IMG/VR virus record: IMGVR_UViG_3300021139_000004
Strand: one strand, 5' to 3'
Origin: an uncultured virus (IMG/VR IMGVR_UViG_3300021139_000004)
Taxonomy: Duplodnaviria; Heunggongvirae; Uroviricota; Caudoviricetes
DNA: 64,000 nt
Shown here: piece by piece, positions 55,970 through 64,000 of the stretch
How the letters are laid out: each line of letters starts with the position of its first letter
How positions within the stretch are numbered: the first letter of the stretch is position 1
Notes under the pieces: model-generated
Told to the model about the DNA's origin: nothing
The model's input: the letters and a program-made list of their open reading frames with translations, nothing else
The model's database searches: none
Made by a program: the position numbers and the translations under genes

Positions 55970-56725
55970 ATGAAAAAAATAGCGCTCTTTATGAATCATC
56001 CACAGTGTTCAAGACAATGTTGTAGTGGTATAATAAAGTCGTTATCTTCTAATTACACTTTCAAAATCTTCACTAAAGAATCTAATATAATCGAAGTATT
56101 AAACAACGCTGATGCTGTCTTTTTTCCGGGCGGCATCGGCGATGCTGATTCTTACGACAAGTTTTTTCGTAGAAAAGCCGGTAATGCTGTAGCAGACTTT
56201 GTTCAAAATGGTGGAAAATATATTGGTGTCTGCATGGGTGCTTATTGGGCAGGTTCTAGATATTTCGATATCTTACAAGATGTAGATGCAGTACAATATA
56301 TCAAACGTCCTGATGCAGACATTCGTAGATCTTATGGTACAGTTGCAAACGTAATTTGGCAAAACAAATGGAAAAAAATGTTTTTCTATGATGGTTGTGC
56401 TTTGATTGGTGATCAATCAAAGTTTACGACCTACGCTCGTTATGTCAATGGTGATCCGATGGCTATCATTCAAGACAATATCGGTATCATTGGTTGCCAT
56501 CCTGAAAGTCAAGAGTTCTGGTATGATAAACCATACGAGTATATCAAACAGCATTGGCACAAGGGTGAACATAATAAACTTTTGTTACGATTTGTAAACG
56601 ATTTGATGGTGCCTTCGTCTAGCGGTTTAGGACATCGCCCTTTCACGGCGAAGATCACGGGTTCGAATCCCGTAGGCACTGCCATAATGGAGAGTGGGCA
56701 GGATGGTAATGCAGCGGTTTGCTAA
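55970..56725 (+). CDS. BPL_N / class I glutamine-amidotransferase-like protein
   Basis: FPGG.GD, YIGVCMGAYWAG, GCHPE; reading frame runs into two tRNAs. Confidence 0.8.
   Translation: MKKIALFMNHPQCSRQCCSGIIKSLSSNYTFKIFTKESNIIEVLNNADAVFFPGGIGDADSYDKFFRRKAGNAVADFVQNGGKYIGVCMGAYWAGSRYFDILQDVDAVQYIKRPDADIRRSYGTVANVIWQNKWKKMFFYDGCALIGDQSKFTTYARYVNGDPMAIIQDNIGIIGCHPESQEFWYDKPYEYIKQHWHKGEHNKLLLRFVNDLMVPSSSGLGHRPFTAKITGSNPVGTAIMESGQDGNAAVC
56608..56684 (+). tRNA. tRNA-Glu(UUC)
   Basis: Cloverleaf, CCA. Confidence 0.95.
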
Positions 56726-56774
56726 ACCGTACAACCGCAAGGTTGAATTGGTTCGATTCCAATACTCTCCGCCA
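56689..56774 (+). tRNA. tRNA-Ser(GCU)
   Basis: Cloverleaf, long variable arm, CCA. Confidence 0.92.
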
Positions 56775-56777
56775 TAT

Positions 56778-56851
56778 ATCGGTGTCGTATAATGGTAGTA
56801 CAAGGGTCTCCAAAACCTTTAGCGTGGGTTCGATTCCTACCACCGGTGCCA
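56778..56851 (+). tRNA. tRNA-Trp(CCA)
   Basis: Cloverleaf, CCA. Confidence 0.92.
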
Positions 56852-56868
56852 ATTTAAATGGGTGTTGA

Positions 56869-58068
56869 ATGAAAATAGGTATTATTGGTGCAGGAACTGC
56901 TAGTGCAGTTTCTCTTATTTCGATGTTACACGTATTTCGTGAAAGACGATTTAACGATTATGAGATAGTCTGTATTGCAGATCCTAAAATTCCTATCACA
57001 CACGTAGGTGAAAGTTTAAGTTCTTTGATCTTGCTTAAGATGATCGATGTATTAGATTTTGATCTCGTCGATGATCTGATCGAAATTGATGGAACTCTTA
57101 GAATTCAAAGTAGAGCTTTTTGGGAACGCGCTAACGGACACGACTTTAAAGTCAAATATGGTTTACCGGGTTTACACGTCAATAGTGAAAAGTTCAGCAA
57201 GTTTGTAATCGATAGGATATTAAAACTCTATCCTAACGTGTCTATCGTTTATGACAACGTAGAAAAAATAATTGATACAGATGACGGCGCTACTCTATTT
57301 CTCAGTGATAATAAGAGTGTCGATTTTACTTTTGTCATCAATTGTACTGGTACTCCAACCGCAGAAGAACTCGCTAAAGATTACGAAGTTCCGGAATTCA
57401 TTTCTGTCAACGCTGCGATCTTATATCCTGACTTCAAAAAGTACGACGAGATGTTTACATCGTCTTACGTACACGACAATGGTTGGATGTTTGGTGTACC
57501 TCTTCAACACAGAAAAGCTTTTGGTTACTGCTATAACAATAATATAACTTCGAAAGAAGAAGCGATCAAAGATTTTTCAGAGATCAAAAACATAGACGCT
57601 TCTACATGCAGAAGTTTTGAATGGTCACAATACTATCGTAAAAAAATAATCGAGCGCAGTGTACTTTATCTTGGAAATAAATTATATTTTCTAGAACCTC
57701 AGCAGGGTTTGCCCTTACATTTTTATGGAATGATGATCACTGCATTTACCAATGAATTGTTTATGCCTAAAGATATAAACACTATTAGAGATGAGTTTAA
57801 TAGATACTACAGGTTCAACATAGAAAACGTACAAGACTTGATCGCTCTTAATTATTCAGGTGAATGTAATATCGATTCTAAGTTTTGGAACTATGTAAAA
57901 GAACCCGCTAGACAGAGACTGAAAAACTCTGAAGTGTTTCAAAATTGGCTATCTACTTGTGAAAAAGAAAACAAGCTTATACCCTTTTGGTTCTTTGATG
58001 AAAAGATGATTAAAGCTTATATTGAAGGGTATAAGATTGATTTGGGAGAATTAAGATGCAGTTCATGA
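56869..58068 (+). CDS. Flavin-dependent tryptophan-halogenase-like protein
   Basis: IIGAGTA, VGES, GWMFGVPL..R...GY, GN...FLEP. Confidence 0.8.
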   Translation: MKIGIIGAGTASAVSLISMLHVFRERRFNDYEIVCIADPKIPITHVGESLSSLILLKMIDVLDFDLVDDLIEIDGTLRIQSRAFWERANGHDFKVKYGLPGLHVNSEKFSKFVIDRILKLYPNVSIVYDNVEKIIDTDDGATLFLSDNKSVDFTFVINCTGTPTAEELAKDYEVPEFISVNAAILYPDFKKYDEMFTSSYVHDNGWMFGVPLQHRKAFGYCYNNNITSKEEAIKDFSEIKNIDASTCRSFEWSQYYRKKIIERSVLYLGNKLYFLEPQQGLPLHFYGMMITAFTNELFMPKDINTIRDEFNRYYRFNIENVQDLIALNYSGECNIDSKFWNYVKEPARQRLKNSEVFQNWLSTCEKENKLIPFWFFDEKMIKAYIEGYKIDLGELRCSS

Positions 58069-58634
58069 ATTTGTGGGCAACACCCGTAGCTTTATTTCAA
58101 CATCCAGATTATGAATCTATCAATGCAGAGATCATGCAACACGAAGAGCTAAGAGGGTGTAACTTCTTAGCTAAGAAAGATGTTTGGGATTACGTAGATC
58201 AAGTTCCAGCTCTTCGTACTCTGTATGACTGGATGCTAGATTGCACAGCGAAATACGCCGAACAATGTTTTGATTTAGAATATGATCCATCATTCTTTAT
58301 GCACGGTCATGGTTCAATCAACTACAGAGGCAAGGGTAACGAAGCGATGATGCACACACATCGCTTGACTACAGTCGTCATGACATACTACGTGAGTGTT
58401 CATGATAACTGCGGCGACATTCGCCTCTTAGATCCTCGCAGCACACTGGGATGGATAAGTAAGAATGTAGCTAAACCCTACAATCAGTATACACACAGTC
58501 CTCAAAATGGACAGCTTATCATGTTTCCCGGTTGGGTAATGCACATGGTAGCTCAGAATCAAACTGACAAAGAAAGAGTCGCTTTGACTTCCAATGTGTA
58601 TCTGAAAGAAGAGTTTAAAGATAAGGTGTATTGA
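58056..58634 (+). CDS. 2OG-Fe(II) oxygenase-like protein (TIGR02466 type)
   Basis: HTH, TYYV, LDPR, FPGWVMHMV, R. Confidence 0.8.
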   Translation: MQFMNLWATPVALFQHPDYESINAEIMQHEELRGCNFLAKKDVWDYVDQVPALRTLYDWMLDCTAKYAEQCFDLEYDPSFFMHGHGSINYRGKGNEAMMHTHRLTTVVMTYYVSVHDNCGDIRLLDPRSTLGWISKNVAKPYNQYTHSPQNGQLIMFPGWVMHMVAQNQTDKERVALTSNVYLKEEFKDKVY

Positions 58635-59104
58635 TCATGAAAAAGTTTATTGTGTTAGACGATGTACTAGACGAAGAAACAAGAATCGCTGTTCGTGATT
58701 TTAGTTATGGACCAGCACTACCGCAGAAGTGGTATGATTATGGCGTAAGCCCAATTCATGAAAAGATCATCGACGTAGCACGAGATTATTTCGATCTCAG
58801 TGATACGATTGGTTATGAGATGTGGTGTAATCAGCGTGCAGTTGGTTGGCACTACGATCATGACGAAGTAAAGTCAAAAGAAAATAATACGTTCGTGTTT
58901 CCTCCTGTAGCTATCGCTTACTATGCTGAAGTAGCTAATCTTGAAGGCGGAGACTTCGTATCAGAAACTCATCGCATAACACCGATTACGAATCGTATCA
59001 TTATGTTTTCACCCGGTCTTTATCACGGCGTGTATCCATATTCAGGTATTCGTAAAGCGATCAGTATCAATCCTTGGTCGTACAAGATTGAAAACAAGAT
59101 TTAG
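58631..59104 (+). CDS. 2OG-Fe(II) oxygenase
   Basis: WHYDHD, LEGG, NR...F...YHGV, R. Confidence 0.8.
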   Translation: MIMKKFIVLDDVLDEETRIAVRDFSYGPALPQKWYDYGVSPIHEKIIDVARDYFDLSDTIGYEMWCNQRAVGWHYDHDEVKSKENNTFVFPPVAIAYYAEVANLEGGDFVSETHRITPITNRIIMFSPGLYHGVYPYSGIRKAISINPWSYKIENKI

Positions 59105-59178
59105 CGGGTATAGCTCAGAGGTAGAGCTTCAGTTTTCCAAACTGACTGTCATCGGTTCGATCCCGATTGCCCGCTCCA
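59104..59178 (+). tRNA. tRNA-Gly(UCC), second copy
   Basis: Cloverleaf, U73, CCA. Confidence 0.95.
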
Positions 59179-59189
59179 AAGGATAAATT

Positions 59190-59927
59190 ATGTTCACATT
59201 TTTTCATCGTAAAAAGAAAATTGTAGTCGATTGTCTGACTTGTCTTCCGGCAGCGTATGAATATACGCCTATCGTTAGAGCATCTAAGACGATCCCGGAC
59301 TGGTGGAAGAAGTTAGAACACGTAGGTCCTCTTAAAAAAGAAAACGGTGTCTATGACATCGAAAATAACATGAAGAACTGTTACGGTTTTGTAGAGCTTT
59401 ACAAAAGAGGTGCAGTCATTGAAAACTGGTGTGACATCTATCTGAATGTTTCACAAGAAGGTTATGAATACTACAAGAGTTATGGCATAGCACCCCAGCA
59501 GCATCGAAGAGAAGAATACAAGGGTGGATTTGAAAACTATCATCATATAAAGTTGATAAGCCCTTGGCACTTCAGAGAAAAGACTGGAATGCATTTTCTT
59601 TTCATGGGTGCAGAATGGGCAATCGAATATCCAGTAAAAGTTTTACCGGGTGTCGTACAGTATCGAGATAATTGCGGTACTCATATTAACATGATGTTAC
59701 CAAAGTATCATGAATCGTATGATTTTACACTCAAATTGGGTCAACCTCTAGCGCATATCATTCCATTAAATGATGATGTAAAGGTCGAGTTCAAAAATCA
59801 TCTTCTTACTGAAGAAGAACTCAAAAAAGAAATGAGATTTGGTGGTCTTTCATTAGATGGTATGAGAGGCGTTACAGACATCGTAAAACGAAACAACGCA
59901 CGTAAGTGTCCGTTCGGTTTTGGATAA
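59190..59927 (+). CDS. Hypothetical protein
   Basis: 245 aa, RBS AAAGGA; PDWWK, MKNC.G, KLISPW, G.PL.H.IP, ends KCPF. Confidence 0.7.
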   Translation: MFTFFHRKKKIVVDCLTCLPAAYEYTPIVRASKTIPDWWKKLEHVGPLKKENGVYDIENNMKNCYGFVELYKRGAVIENWCDIYLNVSQEGYEYYKSYGIAPQQHRREEYKGGFENYHHIKLISPWHFREKTGMHFLFMGAEWAIEYPVKVLPGVVQYRDNCGTHINMMLPKYHESYDFTLKLGQPLAHIIPLNDDVKVEFKNHLLTEEELKKEMRFGGLSLDGMRGVTDIVKRNNARKCPFGFG

Positions 59928-59994
59928 ATAGAGCATGATCATTTCGTTATGTTTCTGATGATTGAAAAATCACCAATTCATAACGGAGTCTCTA

Positions 59995-61824
59995 ATGAAA
60001 AGAATTTTAGTAGCCCTACTCGGGCTATGTGCATTCGCGCATGCTGCCGTTGCACAGAACTTACCGGCCGGTTCTCTAGGTGCGGTAACTAACAATACCC
60101 CAAACACATGGCAGACATATAGCTATACGTTTACACCATCATCTTCTGGTGCAAACTATATCGGATTTGCATTTCGTCAAGATCCTGCATTCTGGACTTT
60201 CGATAACGTAACTTTGACTGCTTCTGGTTCGACTACAAATCTTTTAACGAACGGTGGATTTGATACTGGTGGCCAGTTTAGTGTAACGACAAACAACGGT
60301 GTCAGTTCGATTCAGGCTCCAACAAACTGGGGTGTATGGTATCAAAACGGAACTTATCCTGCAGCCGCAGGTACTTGGACTGATATAGGCGGAACTCATG
60401 GAGGTGTATGGTATGATGGTGCTGTTGGAACATTTGATGGTATCTATCAGGGTGTGGTTCTACAAGCAGGAACGACTTACACAATATCTTTTCAAGTTTC
60501 TGGGAACAGTACTGCTAATAGTAGTTCTATTCAACTTGGCGTATATGGTGGCGCTTGCGCAACTGTAAGTATCGCTGCAACACAGTGTACGATTCCTGCA
60601 GCTGCTGGATTTACGACGCTTGCAACACCTGCTCAGGGTGCAGCAGCTGGTAATCCTAATCCTACTCCTACAGTAGTAAGCACAGCGCCCGGACCATCTA
60701 CAGTTACACAGACGAGTGTAGCAGGAACGACTACTACTTCTGTTTCTAGCACACGCGGTGTATCTACAACAGTAGTAGCTATATCAAACGCTGCTGCTAG
60801 ATCGACAAACAACATCAACGTAACAAGAACTACTGTGACTACAGTTACTACTCCCGTAACGACAGTCACTACACATACGACTCCTATCGTCGTCTCGACT
60901 ACAACAGTTCCAACGACAGTGACTACATGGAGTGATAATTCTACGACTACTACTAACGGCACACCAATCGTAACTACTAATACGACAAATCAAGTAGTTG
61001 CATCTACTTCTGTGACTAACGATGTACAGTCAAGTACTGGTACTCAGTCACAATCAGTAAGTTCAAGTGGTGCACAAAACGCAGTCAAGTATCGTAACAA
61101 CAATCCATTCATCGTCGATGTATTGAGTCAAAAAGATGGAACATGGATTAGTCCTACAGCTAGCTACTACAAGACAGTAGGAAGTATGGCTGCTGGTGGC
61201 GTATCACTCGGTTATCAGTGGACAGTCGAAAACAACTCGTTCGGTGTAGCGTTTGCTTACAACAACGCTAAGAGTGGCGGATTAGTCGGTAGCGACGTGC
61301 AAGCATCAACGTATGACGGCAACGTCTATGCTTTAAGCAAGCAAGAAGATGTTTGGATCAAGGGCACTGTAGGTTACGGCTACGGCGACTACACAACCAA
61401 CACATCGATTCCGCTGTTCGCTCTCTATAATTCTGGTAAGATCAAACAGAAGACATATTATGCAGATCTAACTTTGTATAGTGCTGCAGACTATGCAGGC
61501 TTTCGTCCACTCATCGGTGCAACAATCGTAAAATCTCAGATCGATTCTACTTCTGTCGGTACACCACTCTTAGATACGACAAGCGGCGTATCATCGAGCA
61601 CGACTGTAAATCCATATATCGGAGTCAGATATGACTTTACTGACAACGTGGGTATTGAAACAAGAGTGACACAGACAAAAGATTTCAAGACAGTCGGTGG
61701 TATACGAGCAGTTGCCAAGACTGAAATCTATGATGGTGTATTCTTGGATGCTGGAGTCGGATTTGATAAGGGCAACGGTTACACAGCAGCTGCTGGTACC
61801 ATAGGTCTTAAGATCGCTTTTTAG
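59995..61824 (+). CDS. Autotransporter-like outer-membrane protein
   Basis: Signal peptide, beta-sandwich passenger, Thr/Val-rich stalk, amphipathic beta-strands, terminal Phe. Confidence 0.7.
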   Translation: MKRILVALLGLCAFAHAAVAQNLPAGSLGAVTNNTPNTWQTYSYTFTPSSSGANYIGFAFRQDPAFWTFDNVTLTASGSTTNLLTNGGFDTGGQFSVTTNNGVSSIQAPTNWGVWYQNGTYPAAAGTWTDIGGTHGGVWYDGAVGTFDGIYQGVVLQAGTTYTISFQVSGNSTANSSSIQLGVYGGACATVSIAATQCTIPAAAGFTTLATPAQGAAAGNPNPTPTVVSTAPGPSTVTQTSVAGTTTTSVSSTRGVSTTVVAISNAAARSTNNINVTRTTVTTVTTPVTTVTTHTTPIVVSTTTVPTTVTTWSDNSTTTTNGTPIVTTNTTNQVVASTSVTNDVQSSTGTQSQSVSSSGAQNAVKYRNNNPFIVDVLSQKDGTWISPTASYYKTVGSMAAGGVSLGYQWTVENNSFGVAFAYNNAKSGGLVGSDVQASTYDGNVYALSKQEDVWIKGTVGYGYGDYTTNTSIPLFALYNSGKIKQKTYYADLTLYSAADYAGFRPLIGATIVKSQIDSTSVGTPLLDTTSGVSSSTTVNPYIGVRYDFTDNVGIETRVTQTKDFKTVGGIRAVAKTEIYDGVFLDAGVGFDKGNGYTAAAGTIGLKIAF

Positions 61825-61853
61825 TGTACAAACTCTCTCCATCGTGGTATAAT
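61825..61853 (+). promoter_or_regulatory. Early promoter TGTACA-N17-TATAAT inside an RBS-sequestering inverted repeat
   Basis: CTCTCTCCATC (61833-43) / GATGGAGAGAG (61862-72). Confidence 0.7.
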
Positions 61854-61874
61854 CTTTACATGATGGAGAGAGAA

Positions 61875-62102
61875 ATGCAAGTTATTCAGTTTCCCCTACA
61901 ACAGCGTAACGCTACTATCGTCAACGGTGTGGCTACTCAGAATCCGCATAATCGTGCCAAGTATCTCAATCTGATCGAACGATTCTTGCTTCCTGATGAC
62001 TATCAGGAAATCTTGAACGCTATCGAACATCCATTACTCTATGCTGCTTTGGAGCCTCAACTCCAGAGGATCTTAGACTATTACCTCAGTTACGATCAGT
62101 GA
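61875..62102 (+). CDS. Hypothetical protein
   Basis: RBS GGAG. Confidence 0.6.
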   Translation: MQVIQFPLQQRNATIVNGVATQNPHNRAKYLNLIERFLLPDDYQEILNAIEHPLLYAALEPQLQRILDYYLSYDQ

Positions 62103-62105
62103 TCG

Positions 62106-62113
62106 TATAAATA
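62106..62113 (+). promoter_or_regulatory. Late promoter TATAAATA
   Basis: Exact consensus upstream of the ArfA-like ORF and tRNA-Lys. Confidence 0.7.
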
Positions 62114-62137
62114 ATCTTACTTTAACAAAGGTGCGCT

Positions 62138-62266
62138 ATGACTAAGCAGGTTACAATTCGTAATCCAATCGCTAAGGCTCTTCAGAGCCAGTCTTTCCGC
62201 GCGCGTATCGTTGCCCCTAAACGTGGCAAGGGTTCATACAAACGTCAGAGCTTCAAAAAGTTCTGA
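62138..62266 (+). CDS. ArfA-like alternative ribosome-rescue factor, 42 aa (not in ORF track)
   Basis: MTKQVTIRNPIAKALQSQSFRARIVAPKRGKGSYKRQSFKKF; RBS AAAGGT. Confidence 0.7.
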   Translation: MTKQVTIRNPIAKALQSQSFRARIVAPKRGKGSYKRQSFKKF

Positions 62267-62273
62267 GGTTATT

Positions 62274-62350
62274 GGATCCTTAGCTCAGTAGGTTAGAGCA
62301 GCGGTCTTTTAAACCGCAGGTCCTGGGTTCGAATCCCAGAGGATCTACCA
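62274..62350 (+). tRNA. tRNA-Lys(UUU)
   Basis: Cloverleaf, CCA. Confidence 0.96.
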
Positions 62351-62372
62351 ACTATTTTGTAGGATTTTTATT

Positions 62373-62468
62373 ATGAATTTACGTGAATTACTATGGGTGA
62401 TTGTTATGTGTAATTCCATAGCTATCGCGGCGTCAGTGATCGTCGTGAGTTGGAATTTTTGGAAGTGA
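62373..62468 (+). CDS. Possible 31-aa membrane peptide
   Basis: RBS AGGA; one hydrophobic helix. Confidence 0.4.
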   Translation: MNLRELLWVIVMCNSIAIAASVIVVSWNFWK

Positions 62469-62496
62469 ATATCGTTAACAACTAAGGAGCAATAAA

Positions 62497-63054
62497 ATGC
62501 AAAAGACTATCGTATCGGCGCTCGCTCTTCTTGCGTCGACAGCAGTGGCTTCGGCTACTGATCTGCCAAGCAAGACGAAAGCACCTGCTGCACCAGTCGC
62601 TGCACAGTCTTCAACAGACTTCTATGCTGGCGTTAATGCAGGCGGTGACTTCGATAAAGCACGCGTCTATTCTGGTGGTGCTGTTGCTGGCTGGAACGTC
62701 CTTCCGTTCCTCGCAGTAGAAGGTACATACGACCTTGATCGTCCAAGCGACAAGATTAAGGGTGCTTCAAACTGGCAGAACACTGTCGGCGTGAACGCTG
62801 TACCACAGTACAAGATTCCCGGTCAAGACGTTACCGTGTATGCACTCGGTGGTGTTGGTTACCGTTGGAATAGTGTAGCTACCGTTGCGGATCATTCCGT
62901 TTATAACTTCGGTGCTGGCGCTAAGTATGAGTTCGCTAAGAATCTCGAACTCGACGGTCGTTATCGTCGCATCGACGCTATCGAAAGCAAGTATCGCACG
63001 ACTGCAAATCCTGCAGAAGACCGTGCAACACTTGGTGTAAACTACAAGTTCTAA
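62497..63054 (+). CDS. Omp25/Omp31/RopB-like outer-membrane beta-barrel protein
   Basis: Signal peptide plus ATDLPSKTKAPAAP, FYAGVNAG, terminal GVNYKF. Confidence 0.85.
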   Translation: MQKTIVSALALLASTAVASATDLPSKTKAPAAPVAAQSSTDFYAGVNAGGDFDKARVYSGGAVAGWNVLPFLAVEGTYDLDRPSDKIKGASNWQNTVGVNAVPQYKIPGQDVTVYALGGVGYRWNSVATVADHSVYNFGAGAKYEFAKNLELDGRYRRIDAIESKYRTTANPAEDRATLGVNYKF

Positions 63055-63479
63055 TGATGTACGAGGTTAGAAACGCTGTAAGCGATGACCTCAATGACAT
63101 TATAAGAATAGAACAAACGTTTGGCGCAGAGGCATTCTCAAAGAGAACTCTGCGCCAACAACTAAAAAATACAATCGTCTTAAAAGACGAAGAAGTTCTC
63201 GGATACTGTATCTTCTTCAAATTCAAACACTCAGCAAGAATATACAGCATCGCTGTCGATGAAAATCATCGACGCAAGGGTCTTGGTAAGATACTTCTCA
63301 AAGAAGTCGAGAATCGTTGCCAAGAAATGGACATTGCCAAGCTTACGCTTGAAGTTGCCATCGATAACATAGCAGCACAACACGTGTATTCTCTTATGGG
63401 ATATACCAAGATCAAAGATCTATCAGACTACTATGATCTTGGTAGACACGCTATCAAATTATCCAAGAATCTAAAATAA
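63054..63479 (+). CDS. RimI-like GNAT acetyltransferase
   Basis: IYSIAV...RRKGLGK.LL, LEV..DN.AA...Y...GY, YY. Confidence 0.85.
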   Translation: MMYEVRNAVSDDLNDIIRIEQTFGAEAFSKRTLRQQLKNTIVLKDEEVLGYCIFFKFKHSARIYSIAVDENHRRKGLGKILLKEVENRCQEMDIAKLTLEVAIDNIAAQHVYSLMGYTKIKDLSDYYDLGRHAIKLSKNLK

Positions 63480-63482
63480 CTG

Positions 63483-63510
63483 TTTACTTTTCTAGCCATC
63501 TTGATATAAT
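63483..63510 (+). promoter_or_regulatory. Early promoter TTTACT-N16-TATAAT
   Basis: Preceded by G (GTTTAC, T4-like -35). Confidence 0.6.
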
Positions 63511-63539
63511 AGTCATATTGGTTGAGAGGAGTCTTTGTA

Positions 63540-63764
63540 ATGTGGACAGACGATGACATCATCGAATATGAAGCTGCTTTGACTACGCAGGAACGTTTGA
63601 CTCTAGATGCTATGAAGCAGTTCAAAGATTTTGAACGAGTTAAAAACTACGTAGCACGGATGACACATGGTAACTATGATCCACACTACGTGGCTTCGAT
63701 CTACTACAATCCAGACGCTTACTTCGATGCGTCTGACTTGGAGATATATAATGAACACATTTAA
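63540..63764 (+). CDS. Hypothetical protein
   Basis: RBS GAGGAG. Confidence 0.6.
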   Translation: MWTDDDIIEYEAALTTQERLTLDAMKQFKDFERVKNYVARMTHGNYDPHYVASIYYNPDAYFDASDLEIYNEHI

Positions 63765-64000
63765 TCTAGCACTGACAAAAAACTTTACAAAGTTGACACT
63801 CATTACGATTGCATCTTTGTCTAGCACTCTCGGTCTTCGAACTGAGATGGCTATCATCTTTGGCGATATCGGTCTAGCAACGTGGCTTGCTATTGGCTGG
63901 GTATTTGTCATCATCATCGTCTTGGCTTACTACAAGTCAAAGCAAGACGTCGAGTTGATCTCTTTTCGTGAATATGAAAAAAATCGTGTATTGGCTGGTT
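63751..64000 (+). CDS. Membrane protein, 3'-truncated by the window end
   Basis: RBS GGAG; open to the end; hydrophobic segments. Confidence 0.55.
   Translation, partial: MNTFNLALTKNFTKLTLITIASLSSTLGLRTEMAIIFGDIGLATWLAIGWVFVIIIVLAYYKSKQDVELISFREYEKNRVLAG

Noticed and set aside
53330..56851. CRISPR array or tRNA-adjacent HDV-like (theta) ribozymes
   Set aside because: Repeats are tRNA motifs rather than identical direct repeats with spacers; no nested double pseudoknot could be built by eye at tRNA 3' ends (not excluded computationally)

Overview
64 kb from a T4-like myophage genome, almost entirely on the + strand. The core gene order is gp13-gp23, gp3, uvsY, uvsW, gp55, gp47, gp46 ... gp45, gp44, gp62, regA. 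The host is probably an alphaproteobacterium: tRNA-His has A73 and no G-1, and there is an Omp25/31-like outer-membrane protein with a Rhizobiales-type N-terminus. Layout: (1) 1-4.4 kb, tail-fibre genes including a glycine-rich gp38-like adhesin. (2) 4.4-15.8 kb, an accessory enzyme island with four PP-loop (SGGxDS) proteins, three TctC/Bug-like periplasmic binding proteins, a radical SAM enzyme, a fatty-acid hydroxylase and 2OG oxygenases. (3) 15.9-35.7 kb, virion and recombination core. (4) 35.7-46.5 kb, an insertion between gp46 and gp45 that looks like a DNA-hypermodification locus. It pairs a T4 gp42-type dCMP hydroxymethylase with two amino-acid:DNA-transferase-like (aGPT-Pplase) proteins, a PLP enzyme, an SGNH-fold protein, a C5-methyltransferase homologue with degenerate SAM motifs and a GT-A protein. 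This is the best candidate for an undescribed system. (5) 46.5-53 kb, replication accessories and small early ORFs. (6) 53-64 kb, 25 tRNAs covering all 20 amino acids, at least seven structured non-tRNA segments, outer-membrane proteins and a 42-aa ArfA-like ORF missing from the ORF track. All calls come from motif recognition by eye; no searches or folding programs were run.
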